Shown one piece after another: positions 33,462-43,709 of a stretch of 64,000 nucleotides of DNA. Made by a program: the position numbers and the translations under genes. Every line of letters starts with the position of its first letter. The stretch's first letter is position 1. The stretch comes from Terriglobia bacterium (GTDB lineage Bacteria > Acidobacteriota > Polarisedimenticolia > Polarisedimenticolales > JAIQFR01): contig CAVVHE010000005.1 in NCBI GenBank assembly GCA_963748015.1, positions 352,001-416,000 on the forward strand. The letters are read 5' to 3'. The notes beneath the pieces are model-generated. The model made no database searches, was not told the origin of the DNA, and saw nothing but the letters and a program-made list of their open reading frames with translations.

Positions 33462-36412
33462 TCACTGATCCTCTCGCACACCGACGACGATCGACTGCCC
33501 CCCGCGCGTGCCTGGCGTGGCGCTTCGCTTCTGCCTGGCGATGGGATCCTGGCCGATGCCACCCTGATCGTGGGGGACGATGACGACGTCTTGTCCTGCC
33601 CCGATGTTTCCCGGACGCGTCTCTCGCCTGATACCGGATCGTGTACGTCCGGCCGGGACCATTGCCGGCCCGCTCCGCACGGAGAAGCACGTCGAAGTCC
33701 GGAATGCCGAGAATCGCACCCTGGATGTCGTTCGTCGTGTTCCCATCCCCTCCGCCCGGCGCGTCGTCCGGTTCGCTCGAAGTAACAGTAGCCAGGATGA
33801 CCTGGGGCGACGGATCACAGGCATCGTGCACGACCACGCGGCTGTGGACGGGAGACATCGTGTGGTTTGGCGGCCACAGATAGTGAGGCGTCGACTCGAC
33901 CGTCACCGCCGTAGGCGTGGTATCCACCACGCTCACGACCGTCTGGCACGTCGCCGAGTTCCCGGCGCCGTCCCTGGCCGTGAACGTCACCGTCGTGGAG
34001 CCCAGCGGGTACGACCCCGACGCATCCGCTCCACCCGGGGTCCTGTCGTTGGTGATTAGCGACCGCTCCGAAGCAGAGGTCGGTCGCGGTCGCGGGGGGA
34101 AGCGCGATTTGTGATTGCCCCGCGGCCTGGCATTCCACCCGCATACTCGACGGGCAGGTGATGACGGGCGGGGTGGTGTCCTGGACGGTGATGATCGTGC
34201 CGTCGGTTCCGGTCGCGCCCGCCTTGTCCGTGACCGTCAGGAGCGACAGCGTGCTACTCCGAGAGGTAACGGGACGGACACCGTTTCCCCGCTCGCCATA
34301 GCGGTTCCGTACTCCGACCAGACGAATCCGACAATGTCGTCGTTCGTACGTGGGGTCGAGTCGGAGTCGGTGCTCGCCGAACCGTCGAGTACCGCCGTCG
34401 CCTTCACGTCACCCGTGCATTCGAGGACCTGGTCCGGACCGGCGTCGGCCACGGGCGGCTGGTTCGCGGGCCCGTATTCCCAGTGATCGCCGATGACGGG
34501 GCCGTTATGCCCCCCGAAGAGCACGACGAGCCCTCGCCCGCTGTCGTAGGCCATCGCGAAGGATTCGTGTTCGGGCGGGCTCGTGGCCGGCGTCCTCTGA
34601 ACCCACGTGTTACCGTCCCACTCCCACGTATCGGCGAAAAGCTGGTCCCCGCTCCTCCCCCTGCCCCCGAAGAGCACGGCGCGTCCCCGCGCGCTGTCAT
34701 AGACCATCGAGGCAGACATGCGGGCGGACGGGCTCTTGGCCGGCGTCCTCTGAACCCACGTGTTCCCGTCCCACTCCCAGGTATCGCCGAGGTAATGCCA
34801 GGAACCGGCGAAGTAGCCGGCGCCGAACAGCACGACACGTCCCCGCGCGCTGTCGTACGCCATCGCGTGGTTGTAGCGGGCCGGCGGGCTCGTGGCCGGC
34901 GTTCTCTGAACCCACGTGTCCCCATCCCACTCCCACGTATCCGCCAGACGCGAATTCGTGGCGTCGACGCCCCCGAAGAGCACGACGCGTCCCCGCGCGC
35001 TGTCGTACGCCATCGCGTGGCTGACGCGCGCGGGCGGACTGGCGGCGGGCGTCCTCTGAATCCAGGTGTCCCCGTCCCATTCCCACGTGTCCGCCGGACG
35101 CGAATTCGTGGAGTCGACCCCCCCGAAGAGCACGACGCGTCCCCGCGCGCTGTCGTACGCCATCGCGTGTAACCTGCGAAATGACGGGCTCGTGGCGGGA
35201 GTCCTATCGACCCAGGAGTTCCCGTCCCATTCCCAAGTGTCGGCGACAGGCCAGGAGCCGGACCCCGAAGAGCACGACGCGTCCCCGCGCGCTGTCGTAC
35301 GCCATCGCGTGACCGGTCCGGGAGGACGGGCTCGCGGCGCGCTGAACCCACGTGTTCCCGTCCCACTCCCAGGCGTCGGCCAGGAATACGCCCCCGAATC
35401 CCTCTCCCCCGAAGAGCACCACGCGTCCCCGCGCGCTGTCGTACGCCATCGCGTGGTTGGCGCGTGAGAGTGGGCTCATGCCGGGCGTTCGCTGAATCCA
35501 CGAATCCCCGTCCCACTCCCAGGTGTCGGCGAGACGGAGCGCCGGGTCGGTCCAACCCCCGAAGAGGACCACACGCTGCCGCGCGGCGTCGTAGGCCAAC
35601 GCGTGACGGTCGCGAGCTGGCGGGCTCGTTTCGGGCGTCCTCTGGGCCCACGTGTCCCCGTCCCATTCCCACGTATCGGCGAGCCGATGACCGGTCCCGT
35701 CGTAGGAGTAGCCTCCGAAAAGCACGACCCGTCCCCGCGCGCTGTCGTAGGCCATCGCGAGGTTGTAGCGGGCTGGCGGGCTCGTGGCCGGCGTCTTCTG
35801 AACCCACGTGTCCCCATCCCATTCCCACGTATCGGCGAAGAACTGAAAATGACCTTGCCAGTCCGCGTAGTATCCCCCGAAGAGCACGACACGTCCCCGC
35901 GCGCTGTCGTACGCCATCGCGTGGCCCCTGCGTCTGTGTGGGCTCGTGCCGGGCGCCCGCTTCACCCACGTGTTCCCGTCCGACACCCACGTATCGGCGA
36001 AATACGACTCTTCTTCTTCCCAGTCGTCGCCGTACCCCCCGAAGAGCATCAGGCGTCTCCGCGCGCTGTCGTACGCCATCGCGTGACCGGCGCGCGGGGA
36101 CGGGCTAACAGCGGGCGTCTTCTGAACCCACGTATTCCCGTCCCAATCCCAGGTGTCCGCGGTGCTTGCGCCAATATTGGGTTCCCCTCCGCACAGTACG
36201 ACCCGTCCCCGCGCGCTGTCGTACGCCATCGCGTGGCCTCGACGGGCCGGCGGGATCTTGAGGACCCACTTGACCGTGTCGGAAGTCGCCTCCACCTCTC
36301 CCAGGGTGGCCACATTCGTGGGGGCCGGCTCCAGGGCAACGACGGCCGACGGGGCGGCCGCGAGCAGCGCGCACACGACAACGGGAAGCCACGGAACCCG
36401 CGCGACCGCCAT
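33462..36412 (-). CDS. 12-blade Kelch-like/PKD/HYR secreted protein, paralog P3 (multiple frameshifts; possible pseudogene)
   Basis: ORFs 35204..36412, 34237..35163, 33815..34144, 33130..33990 and 33462..33824 are colinear with P1. Confidence 0.8.
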
Positions 36413-36477
36413 GACCCGCCTCCTGGTCCGAGGCGCGCGCCGGAAAGGGTCATCCGGGCTGCGCGCCCCTCAGTACT

Positions 36478-39444
36478 TCACTGATCCTCTCGCACTTCGA
36501 CGACGCTCGACTGCCCCCCGCGCGTGCCTGGTTTGGCACTTCGCTGCTGCCTGGTGATGGGATCCTGGCCGATGCCACCCTGATCGTGGGGGACGATGAC
36601 GACGTCTTGTCCTGCCCCGATGTTCCCGGATGCGTCTAACGCCTGATACCGGATCGTGTACGTCCGGCCGGGACCGTTACCGTCCCGCTCCGCTCGAAGA
36701 AGAACGTCGAAGTCCGGGGTGCCGAGAGTCGCACCCTGGATGTCGTTCGTCGTGTTCCCATCCCCTCCGCCCGGCGCGTCGTCCGGCTCGCTCGAGACCA
36801 CGGAAGCCAGGATGACCTGGGGCGACGGATCACAGGCATCGTGCACGACCACGCGGCTGTGGACGGGAGACATGGTGTGGTTCGGCGGCCACAGATAGTG
36901 AGGAGTCGTCTCGACCGTCACCACCGGAGGCGTGGTATCCACCACGGTCACGACGGTCTGGCACGTTGCCGAGTTCCCGGCGCCATCCCTGGCCGTGAAC
37001 GTCACCGTCGTGGAGCCCAGGGGGTACGAGCCCGACGCATCCGCTCCACCTAGGGTCCTGTCGTTGGTGATCGGGACTTCTCCGAAGCAGCCGTCGGCTG
37101 CGGTCGCGGGGGGAAGCGCAATCGGTGATTGCCCCGCGGCCTGGCATTCCACCCGCATGCTCGACGGGCAGGTGATCACTGGCGGAGTGGTGTCCTGGAC
37201 GGTGACGCTCGTGCCGTCGGTCCCGGTCGCGCCCGCCTTGTCCGTGACCGTCAGCAGCACGCCGTGTACTCCGAGCGGTAACGGAACGGACGCCGTTTCG
37301 CCGCTCGCGAGAGCCGTTCCGTACTCCGTCCAGACGAAATCGACGATGTCGTCGTTCGTGCCGGGGTCGAATCGGGGTCGGTGCTGGCCGAGCCGTCGAG
37401 CGCCGCCGTCGCGTTCATGTCGCCCGTGCATTCCAGAACCTGATCCGGACCGGCGTCGGCGACGGGCGGCGGGTTCGCGGGGCCGTATTCCCAGTGATCG
37501 TCAAGACACGGCCGAGAACCCCTCCGAAGAGCACGACGAGCCCCCGCGAGCTGTCATAGGCCATCGCGAAAGAAGTGCGCATGTACGGCGCGAGAGAGCT
37601 GGGTACGTCCGGGTTCGTGGCCGGCATCCTCTGAGCCCACGCGTTGCCGTCCCACTCCCACGTGTCGTTCAAGACGTTGGTAGAGTAGCCGGGACCGGTG
37701 TTGCGCCCGTTGCCCCCGAAGATCACGACGCGTCCCCGCGCGCTGTCGTACGCCATCGCGAAGGAGCTGCGTGCGACCGGGCTCACGGCCGGCCTCCTTT
37801 GAACCCACGCGTTCCCGTCCCACTCCCATGTATCGGCCAAATCCGCGGAGGTGGTCCCCCTGCCCCCGAAGAGCACGACGCGTTCCCGCGCGCCGTCGTA
37901 CGCCATCGCGTGGCTGCGGCGGGCCGGAGGGCTCGTGGCGGGCGTCCGCTGAACCCACGTGTCCCCGTCCCATTCCCACGTGTCGGCCAACGAATTGCTT
38001 CCGTCGAAACCCCCGAAGAGCACGACTCGTCCCCGCGCGCCGTCGTACGCCATCGCGTGGAGGTAGCGGGCCAGAGGGCTCGTGGCCGGCGTCCTCTGAA
38101 CCCACGTGTTTCCGTCCCACTCCCACGTATCCGCCAAACGCGAACCCGTGGACTCGCGCCCCCCGAAGAGCACGACGCGTCCCCGCGCGCTGTCGTACGC
38201 CATCGCGTGGAAAGTGCGGGATGACGGGCTCGTGGCGGACGTCCTCCGGACCCAGGAGTTCCCGTCCCACTCCCACGTCTCCGCGAGAGGCAGGGACCCG
38301 GCCCTGGAAGAGACGAGCACGACGCGTCCCCGCGCGCCGTCGTACGCCATCGCGTGGCCGGTCTGGGAGCCGGGGCTCGTGGCGTTCTGAACCCAGGCGT
38401 TCCCGTCCCACTCCCAGGTATCGGCCGAGAACGTGCCCGGCTCTCCCCCGAACAGCACCACGCGTCCCCGTGCGCTGTCGTACGCCATCGCGTGGCCATA
38501 CCGCGCCGCCGGGCCCGTTGCGGGCGTCTGCTGAACCCAGGTATCCCCGTCCCATTCCCACGTGTCGGCGAGCAAGGGGGGTGATGTCGAGGTGAAGCCC
38601 CCGAAGAGCACCACGCCTCCCCGCGCGCTGTCGTACGCCATCGCGTGGCCATACCGGGCTGCTGGGCTCGTTGCGGGTGTCTGCTGAACCCAGTTGTCCC
38701 CGTCCCATTCCCACGTGTCGGCGAGATAACGACCGGTCCCGTCGTAGTAGTGGCCTCCGAACAGCACCACGCGTCCCCGCGCGCTGTCGTACGCCATCGC
38801 GTGGCCCCAGCGTGCCGGTGGGCTCCCTGAGGGCGTCCTCTGAACCCAGGTGTTCCCATCCCACTCCCACGTGTCGGCAAAGTATTGGGAATTGCCTTGC
38901 AGGTCCTCGTAGTAACCGCCGAAGAGCACGACGCGTCCCCGCGCGCTGTCGTAGGCCATCGCGTGGCCATGCCGTGCGGGTGGGCTCGTGCCGGGCGTCC
39001 GCTGAACCCACGTGGCCCCGTCCGACTCCCACGTATCGGCGAGATCGCCGCCGAGCGAGAAGGCGAGCCCCCCGAAGAGCACCAGGCGCCCCCGCGCGCT
39101 GTCGTAGGCCATCGCGTGGCCCTGGCGTGCGGGTGGGCTCGTTGCGGGCGTCCACTGAACCCAAGTATTCCCGTCCCATTCCCAGGTGTTCGCGTAACTG
39201 AATCCCAGGACGGTCCCCCCCCGGACAGCACGACCCGCCCCCGCGCGCTGTCATAGGCCATCGCGTGACCACTGACGGCCGGGGGGATCTTGAGAACCCA
39301 CTTGACCGTGTCGGAAATCGCCTCCACCTCTCCGGGAGCGGCCACATTCGTCGGGGCCGGCTCCAGGGCGAGGACCGCCGACGGAGCGGCCGCGAGCAGC
39401 ACGCACACGACAAGCCGAAGCCAAGGGACCCTGATGACTGCCAT
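36478..39444 (-). CDS. 12-blade Kelch-like/PKD/HYR secreted protein, paralog P4 (frameshifted; possible pseudogene)
   Basis: ATG 39444 (MAVIRVPWL); ORFs 37783..39513, 37415..39112 and 36478..37431 are colinear with P1. Confidence 0.8.
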
Positions 39445-39607
39445 GACCCGCCTCCTGGTCCGAGGCGCGCGTGAGAAAGGGGGGGCCGGGCCGCGCAGAC
39501 CTCGACCTCTCACCTACCCTATACACCTCGGCGGTCCGCGGGACCACATGATTCTGGGATTCTGCGGACGGCCCGTCCTTCGCGAGAAAGTGGCGAGAGT
39601 ACCCGCC
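39445..39607 (-). promoter_or_regulatory. Leader/promoter of the P4-P3-P2 unit, homologous to 14502-14669
   Basis: Conserved GTATAGGG -10-like box and upstream conserved blocks. Confidence 0.5.
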
Positions 39608-39691
39608 GACGTTCGCGGGCTGGTCGTTCTCGGGAGGCGTGGGCGCGCCGGGAGACTATATTTCTCCTCCTCCCGGAGGTCAGGAAGAGCC

Positions 39692-42445
39692 ATGCCGTGC
39701 CGCCGCGCTCCGTCCCGGCCGCTCCTCCCGGACGCGCGGCGTCGTCCGTCGTGGCCGGGGACCTGCCCGGCGGCGGGGAAGGCGCTGGCGCTGGCCGGTG
39801 CTTGTCTCGTCATTCTGCTCGCGCCCCAACCGGGCGCCCTTGCGCAGGCGGCCGGAGAGCGCCTGCTCGACACGATCGAGGCGAAACGGCTCGAGCCCGA
39901 CGGCCGGTTCAACCCGTATCCCCGGTGGACCGCTCCCGGCCGCCCCGCGCTCGCGCTCGCGCTGTCGGGCGGCGGAGCGCGCGGCCTCGCGCACCTCGGC
40001 GTCCTCGAGTCCTTGCACGAGGACGGGGTGGAATTCGACGCGATCGCGGGGACCTCGATCGGCGCGCTGGTCGGCGCGTTCGCGAGCGCGGGGTACTCGC
40101 CCGACAGCGTGGTGGACATCCTGAAGCACCGCGACTGGGACGCGATCATCGCCGGGCTCGACGTGCGCCGCCGCGTGCTCTCGGAATCCGAGGACATCGA
40201 GCAGCGAAGCGCCCTCGTGAAGTTCCGCTTCAGGCGCCACGAGCTCCTGCAGGTCGGCTCGATCACCGAATCGCGCCTCCTCGAGCGCGAGCTGTACCGG
40301 TACCTCCTTCGCGCGCAGCTCGAATCCGGCGGGGACTTCGACCGTCTCCGGTACCGGTTCCGGCCGGTGTCCGGAGACATCCTGACCGGCGAGCGGGTGG
40401 CGCCCGGGTCGGGCGACCTGGTCGCCTACGTGCGCGGGTCGTTCGCGCTGCCGGGGTTCTTCGAGCCGGTGCGCGTCGGCGACGCGGTCCTCGTGGACGG
40501 CGGCGTCGTGGAGAACATTCCGGTCGACACCGCCCGGTCGCTCGGGGCGGAAGCGGTGGTCGCCGTGGACGTGTCGGAAGGGATTCCCCAAGCGAAGCGC
40601 GTCAGGGGAACGCTCGACAATCTCTACCGCTGGACCAGCGTGCTGATGGCCGACCAGGGGACGCGCTCGCTCGCGCAGGCCGACGTGGTCCTGACGCCGG
40701 CGGTCCTCGACATCACCCGGCTCGAGTTCGGGTCGAACGTGGACCGGCTGGTCCTCCTCGGGCGAGAAGCGTACCGAAACCGGCGAGAGGCGATCTGGGA
40801 CCTGCTCGAGGCGCGGTCCCTCGACCAGGCGCCGGTGGACTTCGCATCCGTCGAGGTCGCCGGGACGTCGTGGATCTCGGCGGAGGAGCTCTCGGGGCGG
40901 CTCGGCGGCGCCCCTCACACGGTGACGCGCTTCCGGGTCGCGGCGGAGCTGGCGCGCGCGCTCAACCTCGGCCCCTTCGATTCGGGGCGCGTCGAGTGGC
41001 TCGAGGCGTCAGGTGGACGGACGCTGCGTTTCGTGTTCAGGGAGAACCCGCCGCTACTGGGCGTCGAGATCGCCGGCGACCCCGGCCCCCTCCCCTCGAG
41101 TCCCGGCCTTCCGCTCCCGGAAGGCGAGCCGTTCTCCTGGGAGGCGCTGTCGCGCGCGGGCCGACGGGTTCGCGAGAAGCTGATCGAGGACGGCCGGGTG
41201 CTGGTGGCGTTGGACGAGGGGCGATTCGATCCGTCGACCGGCACGGTCACTCTCCGGGTGTCGGACCTCACGATCGGGAAGATCCGGACCAAGGTCCGGG
41301 GAGAGATCCGCCTCGAGCGGACCCAGCGCTTCTTCGAGGACCTGCAGGGGCAGCGGTTCACCTTCGACCGCCTCGCGGACCGCCTCGACGAGATGGTCGC
41401 GCGCGGCGCGATCCTGGAGTGGTCTCTCGAGCCCCTGCCGCGCGGCGAGGGAGAGGCGGACCTCCTCGTGAGCGTGCGCGGCGACGACTACTTCGAGGCC
41501 GCGGCCGGCCTGGCCTACCGCGGCGCCATGGGCTGGTCGGGGTGGGCGCGCGCCGGCAAGGGGAACCTGACCGGCCGCGGCGACGCGGTGGAGCTCGTCG
41601 CCGGGGCGGCGTCGGACGTCTCGGCGGTCACCCTCGGCTACCGGACCGAGTACGGCGCCGGGTTCCAGAACCTCGGTGCCGACGTGGGGGGCGAGGTGTT
41701 CACCGCCAGCGCCCTCGTCGCCGGCAGCGACCAGCGCCTCGCGAGCGATCTGGCCGAGGACTGGAGCGGCGAGAGGGTCTGGGCGACGCTGATCCGGCGC
41801 TCGCGGTGGGGGGTGTCGTTCCAGGGCGGGTTCCGCTTCGAGAGCGACCGGCTGGAGGCGACGGCCTCCGAGCCCGAGGAGGACCTCTCGCGCACCTCGG
41901 CGGTCCTCTCTCTCGACGTCAACCGCCACGACCTGCTGCTCTTCCCCACGCGCGGCGGAGCGCTCCGGCTTTCGGCCGAGGGAGCGCTCGCCGGCGACGA
42001 GCTCTGGAAGGCGGAGGCGCGCGCGGACGGCGCGGTCTCGTTCGGCGCGAGCAGGCGCCAGACGCTGACCGGGCGCCTGGGGGTCGGGTTGTCCGAAGGG
42101 ACCGAGCGCCGGCCTTTCTGGTTCAATCCCGGCGGGTACCGCGACCTCTACGGCTTCGTCCCTTACGGCGCGGCGGCGCCCGACTACGCGCGGGCCGGAG
42201 GAACGTGGCGACTGCGCTGGCTCGACGCCGGCGCGGCGCGCGTCTACGTGGAAGCCGGCGCCGACGCGATCCGCACCGCCGCGCACGGCGGCGACCTCGG
42301 GAGTGCTTCCACGCTGCTCGGGTGGGGCGCGAGCGTGATCGTCCACACCCGCCAGCTCGGGCCGATCGCGGTCGGCTTCGGCCGGAACGACCAGGGCGCG
42401 CTGACCGGCTTCGTCACCGCCGGGTTTCCTTTCTCTCTGGAATGA
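39692..42445 (+). CDS. Patatin-like phospholipase with POTRA-like and C-terminal beta-barrel region (PlpD/type Vd-like)
   Basis: ALSGGGARG, GTSIG and DGG motifs; hydrophobic signal segment; amphipathic-strand C-terminal half ending TAGFPF. Start codon uncertain. Confidence 0.8.
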   Translation: MPCRRAPSRPLLPDARRRPSWPGTCPAAGKALALAGACLVILLAPQPGALAQAAGERLLDTIEAKRLEPDGRFNPYPRWTAPGRPALALALSGGGARGLAHLGVLESLHEDGVEFDAIAGTSIGALVGAFASAGYSPDSVVDILKHRDWDAIIAGLDVRRRVLSESEDIEQRSALVKFRFRRHELLQVGSITESRLLERELYRYLLRAQLESGGDFDRLRYRFRPVSGDILTGERVAPGSGDLVAYVRGSFALPGFFEPVRVGDAVLVDGGVVENIPVDTARSLGAEAVVAVDVSEGIPQAKRVRGTLDNLYRWTSVLMADQGTRSLAQADVVLTPAVLDITRLEFGSNVDRLVLLGREAYRNRREAIWDLLEARSLDQAPVDFASVEVAGTSWISAEELSGRLGGAPHTVTRFRVAAELARALNLGPFDSGRVEWLEASGGRTLRFVFRENPPLLGVEIAGDPGPLPSSPGLPLPEGEPFSWEALSRAGRRVREKLIEDGRVLVALDEGRFDPSTGTVTLRVSDLTIGKIRTKVRGEIRLERTQRFFEDLQGQRFTFDRLADRLDEMVARGAILEWSLEPLPRGEGEADLLVSVRGDDYFEAAAGLAYRGAMGWSGWARAGKGNLTGRGDAVELVAGAASDVSAVTLGYRTEYGAGFQNLGADVGGEVFTASALVAGSDQRLASDLAEDWSGERVWATLIRRSRWGVSFQGGFRFESDRLEATASEPEEDLSRTSAVLSLDVNRHDLLLFPTRGGALRLSAEGALAGDELWKAEARADGAVSFGASRRQTLTGRLGVGLSEGTERRPFWFNPGGYRDLYGFVPYGAAAPDYARAGGTWRLRWLDAGAARVYVEAGADAIRTAAHGGDLGSASTLLGWGASVIVHTRQLGPIAVGFGRNDQGALTGFVTAGFPFSLE

Positions 42446-42965
42446 CGACGTAGCGGTAGGGTTTGCCCGCCCAAGCTCCCGCGTAGTGCACCCCGATCCG
42501 CGGCGTTCGCCGCACCCTGCGGTCGGGCACCGGCTCCCCTTCCTCGAGCCACAGGTCGGGGCCGGTGAGTCTCGCGCCGTCGAGCGAGCGGTCGATCCGG
42601 AACGCGCGCGTCAGGCGGCCGGGGCCGGCCGCGGAGACCGCGCCGTCCGGCGACTCGGCCCCGCGCAGCAGGACCGCCGCGGGGTAGCCCTTGCTCCCGG
42701 TGACCACGTTCAAGCAGTGGTGCATCCCGTACACGAAGTACACGTAGGCGATCCCGCCCGCCTCGAACATCGGCGCGTTGCGAGGCGTGCGCCCCCGGCG
42801 GGCGTGGCTCGCCCGGTCGTGGGGACCGTCGTAGGCCTCGACCTCCAGGAGGCGGCCGCGGAGGACCGTGCCGTCGGAGAGGCGGCGGCACAGCACCCGC
42901 CCCAGCAGGTCGCGGGCGACCTCGAGCGTGTCCCGCCTGTAGAATCGGACTCCGAGTCGCTTCAT
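42414..42965 (-). CDS. mpg: DNA-3-methyladenine glycosylase (MPG/AAG family)
   Basis: VARDLLG, EVEAY, YVYFVYGMHHCLN, AVLLR, GPGRL and RIGV motifs. Confidence 0.95.
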   Translation of the reverse strand: MKRLGVRFYRRDTLEVARDLLGRVLCRRLSDGTVLRGRLLEVEAYDGPHDRASHARRGRTPRNAPMFEAGGIAYVYFVYGMHHCLNVVTGSKGYPAAVLLRGAESPDGAVSAAGPGRLTRAFRIDRSLDGARLTGPDLWLEEGEPVPDRRVRRTPRIGVHYAGAWAGKPYRYVVIPERKETRR

Positions 42966-43009
42966 CGCGTGTCGCTGCCGGGCCTCCGCAACGAGGCCAG
43001 GAGGTTAAC

Positions 43010-43585
43010 ATGTCGAAGAAAGCCGTGGTCACGGTCCTCAGCGTCGGGACCGCCCTGCTCGCGATCCTGCTCGTGCCGACGGGCACGGCCGTCTCCCAGG
43101 ACGTCGGCGACGCGATCCGGCGCGTGCTCGTGACGAACTTCCCGGAGCGCCAGAAGGTCGAGGGCGAGGTCACGGTCCGCGGACCGATCCGGCAGACGGC
43201 GCAGGTCGTTCTCAAGGACATCGTCGTGCCCCCCGTCTCTCCGAAGGACACGCAGCGGCTGATCCACGGCGGGACGATCGCGACCGACGGCTTCTCGTTC
43301 GTCGTCCTGAGCCTCTCCGGCCAGATCAAGGGAGAGGTGGTCCGCCCGGGCTCGGTCGGGGCGATCCTGATCCCGGAGGAGGACTCCGTCGTGCGATCGT
43401 TCGAGGAGAAGGGAGAGCTGCAGTTCCCGCTCCAGGTCACCTCGAACGCCGTCTCGAGCGCCTCCCCCTACTTCGCCTCGGACCAGCCGCGGCTGCTCGT
43501 CGGGTTCCCGAGGTACCGCGTGTACCTGTTCAACACGAGCCAGAAGTCGGTGAGCGTGAACCTCTACGCGTACCTGACGAACTGA
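43010..43585 (+). CDS. Hypothetical secreted protein
   Basis: AGGAGG RBS, signal peptide, GC3-biased codons. Confidence 0.75.
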   Translation: MSKKAVVTVLSVGTALLAILLVPTGTAVSQDVGDAIRRVLVTNFPERQKVEGEVTVRGPIRQTAQVVLKDIVVPPVSPKDTQRLIHGGTIATDGFSFVVLSLSGQIKGEVVRPGSVGAILIPEEDSVVRSFEEKGELQFPLQVTSNAVSSASPYFASDQPRLLVGFPRYRVYLFNTSQKSVSVNLYAYLTN

Positions 43586-43643
43586 GGGAGCGGGGTACAG
43601 CACCGGCCGCCGGTAGCTGTCCCTCGCCGCCTCATCCCGCCGA

Positions 43644-43673
43644 TTGCAATTAGCCTCTCGCTTCATCTATAAG
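43644..43673 (+). promoter_or_regulatory. Putative sigma70 promoter of the DUF3857 pair
   Basis: TTGCAA-N18-TATAAG upstream of the AGGAG RBS. Confidence 0.4.
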
Positions 43674-43709
43674 GGACGCTTCCGCCCGGGCGGCGATCCA
43701 GGAGACACC

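Larger units (their letters stand above)
30361..39480 (-). repeat. Three tandem ~3-kb gene units (P2-P4), each containing ~150-bp internal coding repeats
   Basis: Repeated leader cctcggaccaggaggcgggtcATG; repeated blade DNA such as ccccgcgcgctgtcgtacgccatcgcgtgg. Confidence 0.9.

Noticed and set aside
12612..39290. CRISPR-like constant/variable periodicity
   Set aside because: Period is ~150 bp, units are in frame and encode Kelch-like blades, and no cas genes are present.
11601..39444. Diversity-generating retroelement as the source of loop variation
   Set aside because: No reverse transcriptase or TR/VR pair in the window; loops vary in length and are not limited to adenine positions.
10578..39691. 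Array as an integrative mobile element
   Set aside because: No integrase, transposase, tRNA target or terminal direct repeats found by eye.
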